The translations under genes were made by a program, and so were the position numbers. Positions 9,311 to 19,018 of a stretch of DNA of 56,527 nucleotides are shown here, piece after piece. The notes below the pieces were generated by a model. That model was not told where the DNA came from. It saw nothing but the letters and a program-made list of their open reading frames with translations, and did no database searches. The DNA comes from Reclinomonas americana ATCC 50394 (Eukaryota), in the NCBI GenBank assembly GCA_048213135.1, contig AFZH01020179.1, forward strand, positions 1 to 56,527, read 5' to 3'. Positions within the stretch are counted from its first letter, which is position 1, and every line of letters starts with the position of its first letter.

Positions 9311-11101
9311 ATGTCCGTGGATCTCATCGTCAGTCGAACCCAGCCGCGCCTTGCCGAGTTGGCCGCCGAGCTCGACGGCATGATGACGAGACTGAAGACT
9401 CTCGTCGGGAGCGCGGGCTTCGACGATCGGGCGATGGGTGAGCTGGCCGCGATCTACAACAACGTGGCCTACCTGTTCCTCTACTTGGAATCGAATGCCG
9501 CCCATGTCGCGTTCGACGAGCTGAAACCGTGGAAGACCGCCTTTTACGCCGACCCGGAACTCGACGAACTGGTGCTGCGACGCCTGGAACGGCTTCGGTG
9601 CGAGGACCCCGATGCGGAAACCGCTAGAGAGGCTTATGTCGGCTTCTTTAGGCAGCGGCTTGCAGACGGCGCCTGCCCGGACGATGCGGAAATCGAAGCG
9701 TTGCGGGCGCGGCTGTCGTCCATCGACGCGGAACTTCGACGCGATCGCGGCGAGCTTCTGGGACGCCTGACGCACACTGGGGCCTCTTTGACGCCAGAAG
9801 CGCATTACTACAATCTCGTGCGACGGCAACCCGATCCATCTGTCCGCTCCAAGTTGGCGCGGGCTTGGGACCGGCCCAGGAAGGCTCGGCGCGCCAGCCA
9901 CGCCCGCGCCGTCGACGATCTGGTGAGAGCTCGCCGCGCGAGGAGCCGCGCCCATGGGTTCGAAAGCGCGCGACAAGAGACCTTCGCGCGATGCGGCGTC
10001 ACGATCGACGAGGCGCGCTTTTTTCTGGATCGCTATCTCTCCTCCGCTCTGGAAAGTCAGAAGCGCCTGAATTCGGAGGTCCGTACGCTCGTCGGCCCGT
10101 GCGATCGCCCGATGGACCACTTCGAGTTCTTCGTGCGCCAGGTTCAAGGCGAAGACGAGATCCCTCTCTTCGTGCTCGACGACTGCCTCGACTTCCTCTT
10201 CGCCATTGCTGGTCGGATGTTCGACCTCGCCTTCGACCGCGTCTCGCGCGGTTTCGATCACGTGATCTCCGTCGATGTCTTGCAGGGAGGTCGCCCCTGC
10301 GGCCAGATCAATTTCGATCTATGGGACCACGACGCAGCGCCCAAGTCGGCCAACCACACCTTCGGCGCCCGCAACAGAATGAACTGGGGAGGCATCGAGC
10401 AACAGCCGGTGGCGTATGTCTCTTGCCGGTTCAGAACCCAGACGGGGACGGACGGCCGGATCACCTTTCAAAACATGCACAGCCTGTTCCATGAGTTCGG
10501 GCACGCGATAAATCATCTGCTCATACGTCGCCGGTTTCCGACGGAGTCCGGCCTCGACTATCTGCCCCTCGAGCGCCTCGAGACCCTCAGCATGTGGTTC
10601 GAGCGCTGGGTCTTTCACCCGTCGCTGGCTAGGCGGCTGCCGCTTTCGGACGCAGAACGGCGGGGCCTTCTGACCGCCCAGCGGATCAAGGGACTGGAGT
10701 ACCGCCGCACCCATGTCGACCGGGCGATGACCGCGGTTCTGGATTTCGCGGTGAACGGCGCCGAACATCCGGGCGTGGAAGAGGTCTTCGCGTCACTCGA
10801 CGCACGATATGATCTCAGCTGGGCCTGTGATCTCGACGACTTCCTCCCGTACTTCAATCTGCCGATGCTGGAGGCCAATCCGGGCGGCTACTTCTCATAC
10901 CTCTGGGGGGCCGCCGAAAGCGCCGAGCGCTTCCTTCCGCTCATGAGGCTCGATGTCGATGCTCTGCCCGTCGCGGCTACGACGCTTGCTTCTCTCGAGG
11001 CCTGCTTCGACTTCGATGCGACCAGCGTCGAGCCGACTGTCGAGGCTGCGATCGCCTTCTATGAACCCGATCTCATCATGCACGCCGGAGCACGGACATG
11101 A
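9311..11101 (+). CDS. Divergent M3-family metallopeptidase (paralog B)
   Basis: HEFGH plus ERLETLSMWFERW. Aligns by eye with the C-terminal half of 4850-6601. Confidence 0.8.
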   Translation: MSVDLIVSRTQPRLAELAAELDGMMTRLKTLVGSAGFDDRAMGELAAIYNNVAYLFLYLESNAAHVAFDELKPWKTAFYADPELDELVLRRLERLRCEDPDAETAREAYVGFFRQRLADGACPDDAEIEALRARLSSIDAELRRDRGELLGRLTHTGASLTPEAHYYNLVRRQPDPSVRSKLARAWDRPRKARRASHARAVDDLVRARRARSRAHGFESARQETFARCGVTIDEARFFLDRYLSSALESQKRLNSEVRTLVGPCDRPMDHFEFFVRQVQGEDEIPLFVLDDCLDFLFAIAGRMFDLAFDRVSRGFDHVISVDVLQGGRPCGQINFDLWDHDAAPKSANHTFGARNRMNWGGIEQQPVAYVSCRFRTQTGTDGRITFQNMHSLFHEFGHAINHLLIRRRFPTESGLDYLPLERLETLSMWFERWVFHPSLARRLPLSDAERRGLLTAQRIKGLEYRRTHVDRAMTAVLDFAVNGAEHPGVEEVFASLDARYDLSWACDLDDFLPYFNLPMLEANPGGYFSYLWGAAESAERFLPLMRLDVDALPVAATTLASLEACFDFDATSVEPTVEAAIAFYEPDLIMHAGART

Positions 11102-11739
11102 CTTCCAACGCTGCCTATGTCCGCACGATGCTCGGAACGCGCGAGACGGTTCTCGACGAAGTTCTTCGAGACGCCCTGCTGGGCCGAGGCCTTCGTCCCA
11201 TGCAGATCGACGACAACGCCGGACGGGTCCTGCAGCTGCTCACGCGATTGCGTGCGCCGCGCCTGGCGCTGGAGGTGGGGACCTACTTCGGGTTCTCCGC
11301 GATCCACATCGCAAGAGGTCTGCCCGACGGGGGACGCCTGATCAGTCTCGAAATCGACGAGGAGGTCGCGGCGGTCGCACGCCGCAACCTGATCGCGGCA
11401 GGCGTCGCCGACCGTGTCGAAGTGATCGTGACGGATGCGTTCGAATATCTGGCTGAAGTGACACCGGCCAGCATCGGCCTCGTGTTCATAGATGCGGACA
11501 AGAAGCGTTACCCGCAATACCTCAAAGCCTGCTTCCCGTTGCTCGAGAGCGGAGCGCTGCTCATCGCCGACGACGCGTTCGCGCACGGCGACTTTGCGCC
11601 CGAGGCGGTCGACACGGAAGAGGGGCAGACCGAAGTCCGCGCCATCAACACGTACAACCGAGCAATCTTGCGCAGCGATGCATTGATGTCGGCGTTCGTC
11701 GGGACGAACAATGGAATGTTGGTAAGCGTGCGCAAATGA
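11098..11739 (+). CDS. O-methyltransferase (caffeoyl-CoA OMT/Methyltransf_3 type)
   Basis: LEVGTYFGFS and VFIDADK..Y motifs. Confidence 0.9.
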   Translation: MTSNAAYVRTMLGTRETVLDEVLRDALLGRGLRPMQIDDNAGRVLQLLTRLRAPRLALEVGTYFGFSAIHIARGLPDGGRLISLEIDEEVAAVARRNLIAAGVADRVEVIVTDAFEYLAEVTPASIGLVFIDADKKRYPQYLKACFPLLESGALLIADDAFAHGDFAPEAVDTEEGQTEVRAINTYNRAILRSDALMSAFVGTNNGMLVSVRK

Positions 11740-11767
11740 AACATGCGCTTTGCATTGAGTCGGTCAA

Positions 11768-12253
11768 ATGAATCGAACCTTTGAGATGTTGGATCAGATC
11801 TGGCGCGATCCAGCGGCCGAGCGCCGTCTCGCCGAAGAAAGATTAGCGGCCGGGTCGGGCCCGGTCGTCTCGGCGCATGCCGACGAAGGGCGCGCGCTCC
11901 TCGAGAGTACGACCTGGCCTCTACCTGCCGACTGTCAAGTCACCTCGTCGTACGTGAGGCTCGGCGCACATTCCGGCGAGCACGACCTCGCCGGACTGTT
12001 GCAGGGCGCGACCTGGGCCTCCGTCGGCTGTCTCTCTCGTCACGCCGAATGGTCCGGCAGCGTCCATCTGCACCGCCGGGCTGGCGAAGCCGCGGACTTG
12101 GCAGGCGACGAGCCCATGGCAGTGCTCTCAGTGGACTTCAATCGCGCGATCTTCGTCAAAGTCGATGAGGTCTCGCTCCGCCTTCGACGCGATACGGCCT
12201 CGACAGGTGATTTGGTCGTTCACGTCGCGCGCGTCGTCGAAACGGCGCGCTGA
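11768..12253 (+). CDS. Hypothetical protein within the biosynthetic operon
   Basis: Fills the gap between co-oriented genes. No motif recognised. Confidence 0.6.
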   Translation: MNRTFEMLDQIWRDPAAERRLAEERLAAGSGPVVSAHADEGRALLESTTWPLPADCQVTSSYVRLGAHSGEHDLAGLLQGATWASVGCLSRHAEWSGSVHLHRRAGEAADLAGDEPMAVLSVDFNRAIFVKVDEVSLRLRRDTASTGDLVVHVARVVETAR

Positions 12254-12263
12254 AGGGTCCCAG

Positions 12264-12914
12264 ATGAGAAGCAAGGTCATCGTCGTCGACAACTTCTATA
12301 AGCGCCCCGCGTTCGTGCGCGAACGCGCGCTCCAGTCTCGCTATGCCGACATCGCCGAGACCGACTACCCCGGGTTCGCGAGCCAACTGCGCCTCGATGC
12401 GGCCTCGTTGCGGGAGAGCTTCTCCGAACTGATCGACGCCGAACTCAATCTGGATGGCGCGCGCTTCACCTGGGGAGGCTTCCGCTTCATCACCGCGGAC
12501 TCGGGCAGCCGCCCGAAGGTTCATGCCGACGTAGCGGTGGATTGGGCCGCGATGGTCTACCTGACCGAAGGCGTGCCGATGTCGGGAGGCACCGGCCTCT
12601 ATCGCCACAAGGAGACCGGTTTCGAAGCGCCTCCCACCGATCGGCAGGCGCGCGCGCTGGGTTTCAGCGATGCTTGCGACTTCGATGACAAGGTCATCAA
12701 AAGGGACAAGGCCGATCTCACGAAATGGGAGCTGATGACGGTGATCGCTCCCGTCTACAACCGCCTCGTGCTGTTCAGGGGCGCCGAATTCTACCATGCG
12801 CCGCTCGGCGGGACGGGCGACACCCCTGAGACGGCCCGGCTCACCCACATCTTCTTCTTCAACGAGCGACCGCCTGTGAAGACGGTCGTCCGCCAGCTGG
12901 AGTCGGCTCGATGA
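12264..12914 (+). CDS. DUF6445-like 2OG-Fe(II) oxygenase
   Basis: VIVVDNFY..P start, VHAD (HxD), WAAMVYL, GGTGLY, YNRLVLF..YH..R pattern. Confidence 0.75.
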   Translation: MRSKVIVVDNFYKRPAFVRERALQSRYADIAETDYPGFASQLRLDAASLRESFSELIDAELNLDGARFTWGGFRFITADSGSRPKVHADVAVDWAAMVYLTEGVPMSGGTGLYRHKETGFEAPPTDRQARALGFSDACDFDDKVIKRDKADLTKWELMTVIAPVYNRLVLFRGAEFYHAPLGGTGDTPETARLTHIFFFNERPPVKTVVRQLESAR

Positions 12915-13648
12915 CCATTCACGTCGAGACATCAGCGCCCCACCGCACCGTCACCCGTCACCTGTTGGATGCGGCCATCGAGGCTTGCGTTCGGGGGGAG
13001 CGACCGCACGAGGTGAGCTATGGCATCGTCGCCACGAGCAGTGTCGATTTGGCTAGCCGCGGAGTGGCCGAGACGCTGCGCCGCGCGCTCGCCGGCGACG
13101 AGCTCTGCGTCAGCGCCGCAGAATTGGCCCAACGCTCGGACGACCTCAGCACCCTGATCTTGGTGGAGCTCGACGAGCAAGGAGATCCGGGTCGCACCTG
13201 GGCGCTGGATGGTTGGAGTCTCATTCGTACGGCTGGCGAAGGCCTCGACCTACGTGGCGCGCGGCTTCGAGGCGCCCTTCTTCGCGGCGCGCGGCTCAAG
13301 GGAGCCGACCTTCGAGACGCCGATCTGTCCGGCGCCGACCTCGAGAAGGCGGACCTCTCGCGTACCGCTTTGAACGGAGCCTCGTTTGCCGGGGCCATCC
13401 TGCTGAGCGCGAGTCTCAACGGCGCCGATCTGACGGAAGCGGAGTTCTATCGGGCCGACCTTCGTCATGCCGATCTGCGTGGGGCCGACTGCTCCCGCAC
13501 CGCGTTCGGCTGTGCTGATTTCTGGAACGCCTATCTCTGGAACGTCGACCTGTCGGCGGCCTTCACGGACCGGGCAGACCCCGATCGAGCCGACCACTTG
13601 AACGACACGATCTCAGATCAACCACGTCAGAAGATGGGCGCCCGGTGA
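12911..13648 (+). CDS. Pentapeptide-repeat protein with an N-terminal extra domain
   Basis: Tandem A(D/R)Lxx repeats (ARLRG ALLRG ARLKG ADLRD ADLSG ADLEK...). Confidence 0.9.
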   Translation: MTIHVETSAPHRTVTRHLLDAAIEACVRGERPHEVSYGIVATSSVDLASRGVAETLRRALAGDELCVSAAELAQRSDDLSTLILVELDEQGDPGRTWALDGWSLIRTAGEGLDLRGARLRGALLRGARLKGADLRDADLSGADLEKADLSRTALNGASFAGAILLSASLNGADLTEAEFYRADLRHADLRGADCSRTAFGCADFWNAYLWNVDLSAAFTDRADPDRADHLNDTISDQPRQKMGAR

Positions 13649-14931
13649 TGACGACCGCCGGCGTGCTGTGGCCCTTGATGACGCCTCCGGAGGAACATGG
13701 CCTCGCCGACCTCTGTGCAGTGTCGGCGGACGGGGTGGAGATCACGTTCGCCGGAGGTCGCCGTGTCCTCTGCGGAACCAGCGGCCTCTGGAATACGCCT
13801 TTGGGATATGGAAACGAGGCCGTGGCGGCGGCCGCCGCCAAGGCGCTGCGAGACGCGTCTTATCTGAGCGTGTGGGGTTGCGAAAACGTCTATGCGCGAC
13901 AAGCCGCAGAGGCCCTCGTCCAACTCGCCGGCCCCAGTCACTACGGCCGCGTTCTATTTTCGACCTCCGGCGGCGCGGCCAACGACATGGCGATGAAGCT
14001 CGCGCGGCAATTTCAGGTCGTCCGTGGTCAGACAGATCGAAACGTGATCCTCGGTCTGCACGGCGGCTATCATGGGCTCACATACGGAGCATTTGCTCTC
14101 ACCAGCGGCCAGCTGGGACAGCGGATGTATGGTGTGGATCGCCGCCTCGTCGGACACGTGACCCCGAACGAAGTCGACGAGCTCGATCGGGTGATGGCCC
14201 GCATCGGAGACCGGGTCGCCGCGATCGTCGTCGAACCGGTCCTCGGCACAGGAGCTCTCGAGCTCACGGGCGAATATGTCCAGGCGCTCTTGGCCCATCG
14301 AGATCGCCACGGGTTCCTGCTGGTCGCTGACGAGGTTACGACCGGTTTCGGGCGCATCGGGCCCGGCATGTTCGCCAGTCAGGCGTGGCCCGGGCCCCCG
14401 GACGTTCTGGTGATCGCGAAAGGTCTGACGAACGGCGCCCAGGCGGCTTCGGCGCTCGTCGTCTCCGACGCCGTGGCGCGCACATTCACCACTTCGGGCG
14501 CGGTGCTCGCTCATGCGGAGACGCAGGCAGGGACTCCCGTAGTCTGCGCGGCCATCCTCGCCGTGATCGACGAGATGGAGCGCTTGGACGTGCTGGACCT
14601 CTCGGCGAGGTTGTCCGCAAAGTTGGACGCGGCGCTGCCAGAACTCATCGGTCGAGCCGCGCTCGTGACGGCGGTCGGCGGCCGGGGCTGTCTTCGCGCG
14701 ATCCACCTGCGCGCACCGGACGGGCGTGAATTCACGACCACCGAGATCGCCGAGGTGTTGCATGCGATCCGGCGCGCGGGAGCGATCGTCGCGGAGGGAC
14801 CGAGCTGCATTCAGATACTGCCGGCCCTGATCTATTCAGACGACGATCTGGACGAACTCTTCAGATCCATATGCGCCGGGCTTCGGCGGTTTTCGGAAGA
14901 ACGTTTCGAACTCGCCGTGGAACGCGAGTAG
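13645..14931 (+). CDS. Class III PLP aminotransferase (resembles daptide-type RiPP aminotransferases)
   Basis: SGLWN..LGYG, DEVTTGFGRIG, AKG (PLP lysine). Confidence 0.85.
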   Translation: MMTTAGVLWPLMTPPEEHGLADLCAVSADGVEITFAGGRRVLCGTSGLWNTPLGYGNEAVAAAAAKALRDASYLSVWGCENVYARQAAEALVQLAGPSHYGRVLFSTSGGAANDMAMKLARQFQVVRGQTDRNVILGLHGGYHGLTYGAFALTSGQLGQRMYGVDRRLVGHVTPNEVDELDRVMARIGDRVAAIVVEPVLGTGALELTGEYVQALLAHRDRHGFLLVADEVTTGFGRIGPGMFASQAWPGPPDVLVIAKGLTNGAQAASALVVSDAVARTFTTSGAVLAHAETQAGTPVVCAAILAVIDEMERLDVLDLSARLSAKLDAALPELIGRAALVTAVGGRGCLRAIHLRAPDGREFTTTEIAEVLHAIRRAGAIVAEGPSCIQILPALIYSDDDLDELFRSICAGLRRFSEERFELAVERE

Positions 14932-14935
14932 CTCC

Positions 14936-16165
14936 ATGACGGCTCACCGGCTTCCGAAGCAGGAACCTGGCGCACCCGAAGCTGCCGCGCCGCTGCGGCG
15001 CTTTTGCCCCTTCGCCAGCGACCAGGACCCGGGGCGCCTCGTTCACCCGCCGCTTCGGGCGACGCTGCCTTCCGGGCAGCAAGCCTGGGTCGTGGCCGGC
15101 TATGAGGCCGTAGCCGCGCTTCTCGGCGACGAACGCGTGAGCTCCGAGCACTCCCATCCTGATTTTCCGAACCTGTTTCCGGTCCGCAGGACGAGGTCCG
15201 AAGACGGGACGAAGCCTCTGCTCACCTATTCCGGGATGGATCCGCCCGAACACACCCGCCATCGGCGCATCGTCGCCAGGGATTTTTCGATCGGTGAGAT
15301 CGAGCGACTGAAGCCCCGCATTCGCGAGGTCGTGACTGCGCGTCTGCAGACTTTTCAGGCCGGCGCACGCCCAGCCGATCTCGTGACCGGCTTTGCCGAG
15401 CCGGTCACGAGCGCGATCACCACCGAGATGGTCGGCATCCCCGAAGACCGGCGCGACAGTTTTCGTGATCTCGCCAAGGTTCTGATGGGACGACAGCCTT
15501 CGCAGGACATGGCGCGCGAGGCGTCGCTCTCGTTCCGTGCGATGCTCACGCAGCTCTTGGCCGAGAAGGAACGTCTGCCGGCGTCGGACGTCCTCGGGAG
15601 ACTGGTGCACGCGTACTCGAGCTCCGGCTCCTACGACCGTCGTCAGCTGGTCGAATTTGCCGGCGCGCTGATCACCGCCGGATACGAGACCACGGTGAAC
15701 ATGTTGAGTCTCGGAGCCGTCGTTCTGATGGAGCACGAGGCGGAACGCAGAGCGATGTTTTCAAGACCCGACGGGCTTCGCCTCGGCGTCGAAGAGTTGC
15801 TCCGTTATCTGTCGATCGCCGACCTCGTCATGGGTCGCGTCACGCTTTCCGATCTGCGCATCGAGGGTGTCGACATACCGGCAGAGAATGGAATTCTGCC
15901 ATCGATCGCGGGCGCAAACCGCGACGCGCGGGTCTATCCCGCCCCAGATCGGTTTCTTCCCTTTCGGGAAGGGCCGCTCCACCTCGCGTTCGGACGCGGT
16001 CCGCATCGCTGCCTCGGCCAACATCTGGCCCGAGCTCAACTCGAAATCGCCTTCCAAGAACTGTTCACCGTGATGCCCGATCTACGGCTGGCGCCGTCGA
16101 GCCAAATCCGGGTTCGGAACGAAGGTGCGATCCTCGGTGTGGAAGAGGTCTTCGTGACATGGTGA
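14936..16165 (+). CDS. Cytochrome P450 (CYP105-like)
   Basis: DPPEHTR, AGYETT, EELLR, FGRGPHRCLG heme motif. Confidence 0.95.
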   Translation: MTAHRLPKQEPGAPEAAAPLRRFCPFASDQDPGRLVHPPLRATLPSGQQAWVVAGYEAVAALLGDERVSSEHSHPDFPNLFPVRRTRSEDGTKPLLTYSGMDPPEHTRHRRIVARDFSIGEIERLKPRIREVVTARLQTFQAGARPADLVTGFAEPVTSAITTEMVGIPEDRRDSFRDLAKVLMGRQPSQDMAREASLSFRAMLTQLLAEKERLPASDVLGRLVHAYSSSGSYDRRQLVEFAGALITAGYETTVNMLSLGAVVLMEHEAERRAMFSRPDGLRLGVEELLRYLSIADLVMGRVTLSDLRIEGVDIPAENGILPSIAGANRDARVYPAPDRFLPFREGPLHLAFGRGPHRCLGQHLARAQLEIAFQELFTVMPDLRLAPSSQIRVRNEGAILGVEEVFVTW

Positions 16166-18201
16166 GCGCCCGAAGCTCGGCCGACAGCGGCAATCCGTTT
16201 CTCGCCCATGGGGATGACGGGCTGGGTGCGCCACCGTTCGATGCGATCCGACCCGAGCACATGATCGTCGCCTTCGAGGCGCTCAGCGTCGAACATCTTG
16301 CTGCTCTGGACGCGATCGCCGGCAACGCGGAGCCTCCGGATGTCCGGAACGTTCTCTATGCGCTCGAGCGCGCCGCGGTCCCGATCAACCGGCTGCTCGA
16401 CGTGTTCTACGCCGTAACGAGCGCAGCCACCAACGCGGAGCTGCGGGACGTCGAGCAACGGCTCGCCCCACGAATTGCACGCCATTTCAGTCACTGCTCT
16501 CAGCATTCTGGAGTCGCGGCAAGGGTCGGCGAGCTCGCTCGGAACGAAGAGGCGCTTTCTCCCGATGAGCGGCGTCTCGCGGACAAGTATCTCGCCGATT
16601 TCCGCCGGGCCGGCGCCGGGAGAGACCTGGCCACGCGAAATAGACTGTCCGAACTCGCGGAGCGTCAGGCACTCCTTGGCGCGCGGTTTGCAGATAATCT
16701 CATGCGAGAGGAAGCCGAGTTCGAACTCGTCCTCGACAGTGAGGACGACCTCGTCGGCCTGCCGACCGAGCTTCGGGCGATCCTGAGGCAACGGGCCGAG
16801 GCGGAGGGCAGGTCGCAGGGCTGGCGCGTGCCGCTCTCGAGATCGATCGTCGATCAGATCCTGACGTTCTCAGAACAGCGCGGCCTACGAGAAGCAGTCT
16901 GGCGCGCGTGGAATGCGCGGGGCGAAAAGACCAATCTCCCTCTCATTTCCGAGATGCTGCAGCTGCGCGCCGAGCAGGCCGGGCTCTTGGGCTATCGAAC
17001 CTACGCTGACTTCGTCCTTGCCGATCGAATGGCGAGGTCCGCAGACAACGTGCGCGAACTGCTCCACCAGGTCTGGCGCGGCGCGATGGAAGCGTTCAAC
17101 CGAGACCTGGGGACGCTTTCGGCCTTCGCCAGGGAAGAGGGGCTGAACTTCGAGATCGAACCATGGGACTGCCGCTTCGTCGCAGAGAGGGTTCGGCGGT
17201 CGCGCTTCGACGTCGACGACGCCGAAGTGCGGCAACACTTGCAGCTCGATCGCATCATCGAGGCCGCCCATTACGTCGCCGGTCGGCTCTTCGGATTGCA
17301 ATTCTCCGAAAGGTTCGATCTCTCCACCTACCATCCCGATGTCCGCACCTGGGAGGTGACGGACGAGGTCGGGAGACACTTAGGTCTCTTCTACGGCGAC
17401 TATTTCGCGCGCCCGTCGAAGCGGGGAGGGGCCTGGATGACCGGGTTCCGACCTCAGCACCGTTTGGACGGCGACGTCTCGCCGATCGTGAGCAATGTGT
17501 GCAACTTCACCAGGCCGCCGCAGGGGGAGATCGCTCTACTCAGCCTCGACGAAGCCAGAACCCTCTTCCACGAGTTCGGCCACGCGCTCCATGCCCTCCT
17601 GTCGGACGTCACCTTTCCGCGCCTGTCGGGAGCAGATGTGGCGATGGATTTTGTGGAGTTCCCGGCGCAACTCTTCGAGCATTGGCTCTTCGAGGACGAT
17701 GTTCTCAGACGATTTGCGCGACACGTCGCCACCGGCAATGCGATCACGGAGGACTTGGCGGTCCGCCTGCGAACTGCCGACACGTTTCAGCAAGGCCTGA
17801 AGACGGCAGAGCTGCTGTTGAGCGCCTTCTTCGATCTCCACGCACACGACGGCCCAGCGGCCACCGACGCCTGCGAACTCGAGAGGCAAGTAGCCGCGCA
17901 TCTCGGTGCTCCTCCAGTCGTCGTGAGCCGACATCGCCCAGCACACTTCTCCCATGTGTTCGCGCACAGCTATGCCGCCGGGTACTACAGCTACATCTGG
18001 TCGGCGGTCTTGGACGCCGATGGCTTCGAGGCCTTCAAGGAGGCCGGCGACATCTTCAGTCCAGAAGTGGCCGCCAGACTGAAAGAACATGTCTATTCCG
18101 GAGGAGACCGACGAGATCCGTCGGAGGCCTATGTCGCCTTCCGCGGACGCGCGCCGAATGTAGAGGCGCTCCTTCGAAATCGAGCGTTTCAGACGGTCTG
18201 A
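16159..18201 (+). CDS. M3A metallopeptidase, peptidyl-dipeptidase Dcp-like
   Basis: NPFL..PPFDAI, KRGGAWM, FHEFGHALH, DFVEFPAQ, YAAGYYSY.W motifs. Confidence 0.9.
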   Translation: MVSARSSADSGNPFLAHGDDGLGAPPFDAIRPEHMIVAFEALSVEHLAALDAIAGNAEPPDVRNVLYALERAAVPINRLLDVFYAVTSAATNAELRDVEQRLAPRIARHFSHCSQHSGVAARVGELARNEEALSPDERRLADKYLADFRRAGAGRDLATRNRLSELAERQALLGARFADNLMREEAEFELVLDSEDDLVGLPTELRAILRQRAEAEGRSQGWRVPLSRSIVDQILTFSEQRGLREAVWRAWNARGEKTNLPLISEMLQLRAEQAGLLGYRTYADFVLADRMARSADNVRELLHQVWRGAMEAFNRDLGTLSAFAREEGLNFEIEPWDCRFVAERVRRSRFDVDDAEVRQHLQLDRIIEAAHYVAGRLFGLQFSERFDLSTYHPDVRTWEVTDEVGRHLGLFYGDYFARPSKRGGAWMTGFRPQHRLDGDVSPIVSNVCNFTRPPQGEIALLSLDEARTLFHEFGHALHALLSDVTFPRLSGADVAMDFVEFPAQLFEHWLFEDDVLRRFARHVATGNAITEDLAVRLRTADTFQQGLKTAELLLSAFFDLHAHDGPAATDACELERQVAAHLGAPPVVVSRHRPAHFSHVFAHSYAAGYYSYIWSAVLDADGFEAFKEAGDIFSPEVAARLKEHVYSGGDRRDPSEAYVAFRGRAPNVEALLRNRAFQTV

Positions 18202-18204
18202 ACC

Positions 18205-18975
18205 ATGCCCGGTTCCGAATGGCTCGGCCCCTCGTGGCATGGCGCTCAACCACCATGGCGGGTCGGCCGCCGCTCCGACGCATTCGGAGCTGAGCCCCAT
18301 CGGTCTTCCGATGTCTCGCTGCCCATTGGCGGCCCGCCGTCACGTTGGGCTCTGGATGCGATGCTCCGCACTACGGGGCCGGTGGAAAAGTCCAAGCGGG
18401 CGCGCCTCGAATGGGCTGCATTGGACCTCGAAATCGTGATGTCCCTTGCCCCGTCCCGGGCGCGCATAGTCGAAATCGGATGCGCGCCACATCTCCTCGC
18501 CGGGCCCCTCACCGATCTCGGACACCGGTTCGAGGGCACGACGTTGTCACGTGCGACAGTCGAAACAGAAGGGTCGGACCTGCCCGGCCCTGGTACGCAT
18601 GTCGACAGTCTCCCCGATGCAGGGTTCGATCTCGTGATACGCAACGAGGTCTTTCAGCGCGAACCGCGCGATTTCGAAGTGCTTCTCTTTCAAGCTTCCA
18701 GGTTGCTGAGACGGGGCGGTCACCTCCTCCTGTCGACCGCAAACGTTCCAAGGCACCGCGGTCCCTCGCGCTGTGTCCCCACTCCCGACACGACGGGCGG
18801 CGAGGCGGAAGATGGTGGCCGCGAATTCCCAAGCGTGGAGCACGACGTCCGCTTCCACGTGCGAACAGTGCTGTTCAGGGCGGGATCGCGGCCGTTGGGA
18901 CCTCTGAGCAGAATCGCGCGTGATCTGGCGCCGCGTCTTCGCCCCTACGCGACTCACGTGGCTCGCAAGATCTGA
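18205..18975 (+). CDS. Class I SAM-methyltransferase-like protein, possibly degenerate (start uncertain)
   Basis: IVEIGCA, FDLVI..EV and RLLRRGGHLLLST motifs. Low-complexity N-terminus. Confidence 0.5.
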   Translation: MPGSEWLGPSWHGAQPPWRVGRRSDAFGAEPHRSSDVSLPIGGPPSRWALDAMLRTTGPVEKSKRARLEWAALDLEIVMSLAPSRARIVEIGCAPHLLAGPLTDLGHRFEGTTLSRATVETEGSDLPGPGTHVDSLPDAGFDLVIRNEVFQREPRDFEVLLFQASRLLRRGGHLLLSTANVPRHRGPSRCVPTPDTTGGEAEDGGREFPSVEHDVRFHVRTVLFRAGSRPLGPLSRIARDLAPRLRPYATHVARKI

Positions 18976-19018
18976 TCTGGCCAGGCCGGCGACGAACCTG
19001 AGCGCGTACCTGGCGGGC

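Noticed and set aside
8948-10261. Long antisense ORF (437 aa) and similar ones such as 23930-25405, 25547-26905 and 52644-54098
   Set aside because: Shadow frames opposite motif-bearing genes in GC-rich DNA, with no recognisable motifs.
4850-11101. HEXXH proteins as aKG-HExxH hydroxylases
   Set aside because: Context motifs and the downstream Glu match the M3 peptidase pattern. A structural check is still worthwhile.
9070-14931. Canonical daptide cluster
   Set aside because: The peptide lacks a C-terminal Thr, and no daptide dehydrogenase or RRE is recognisable.
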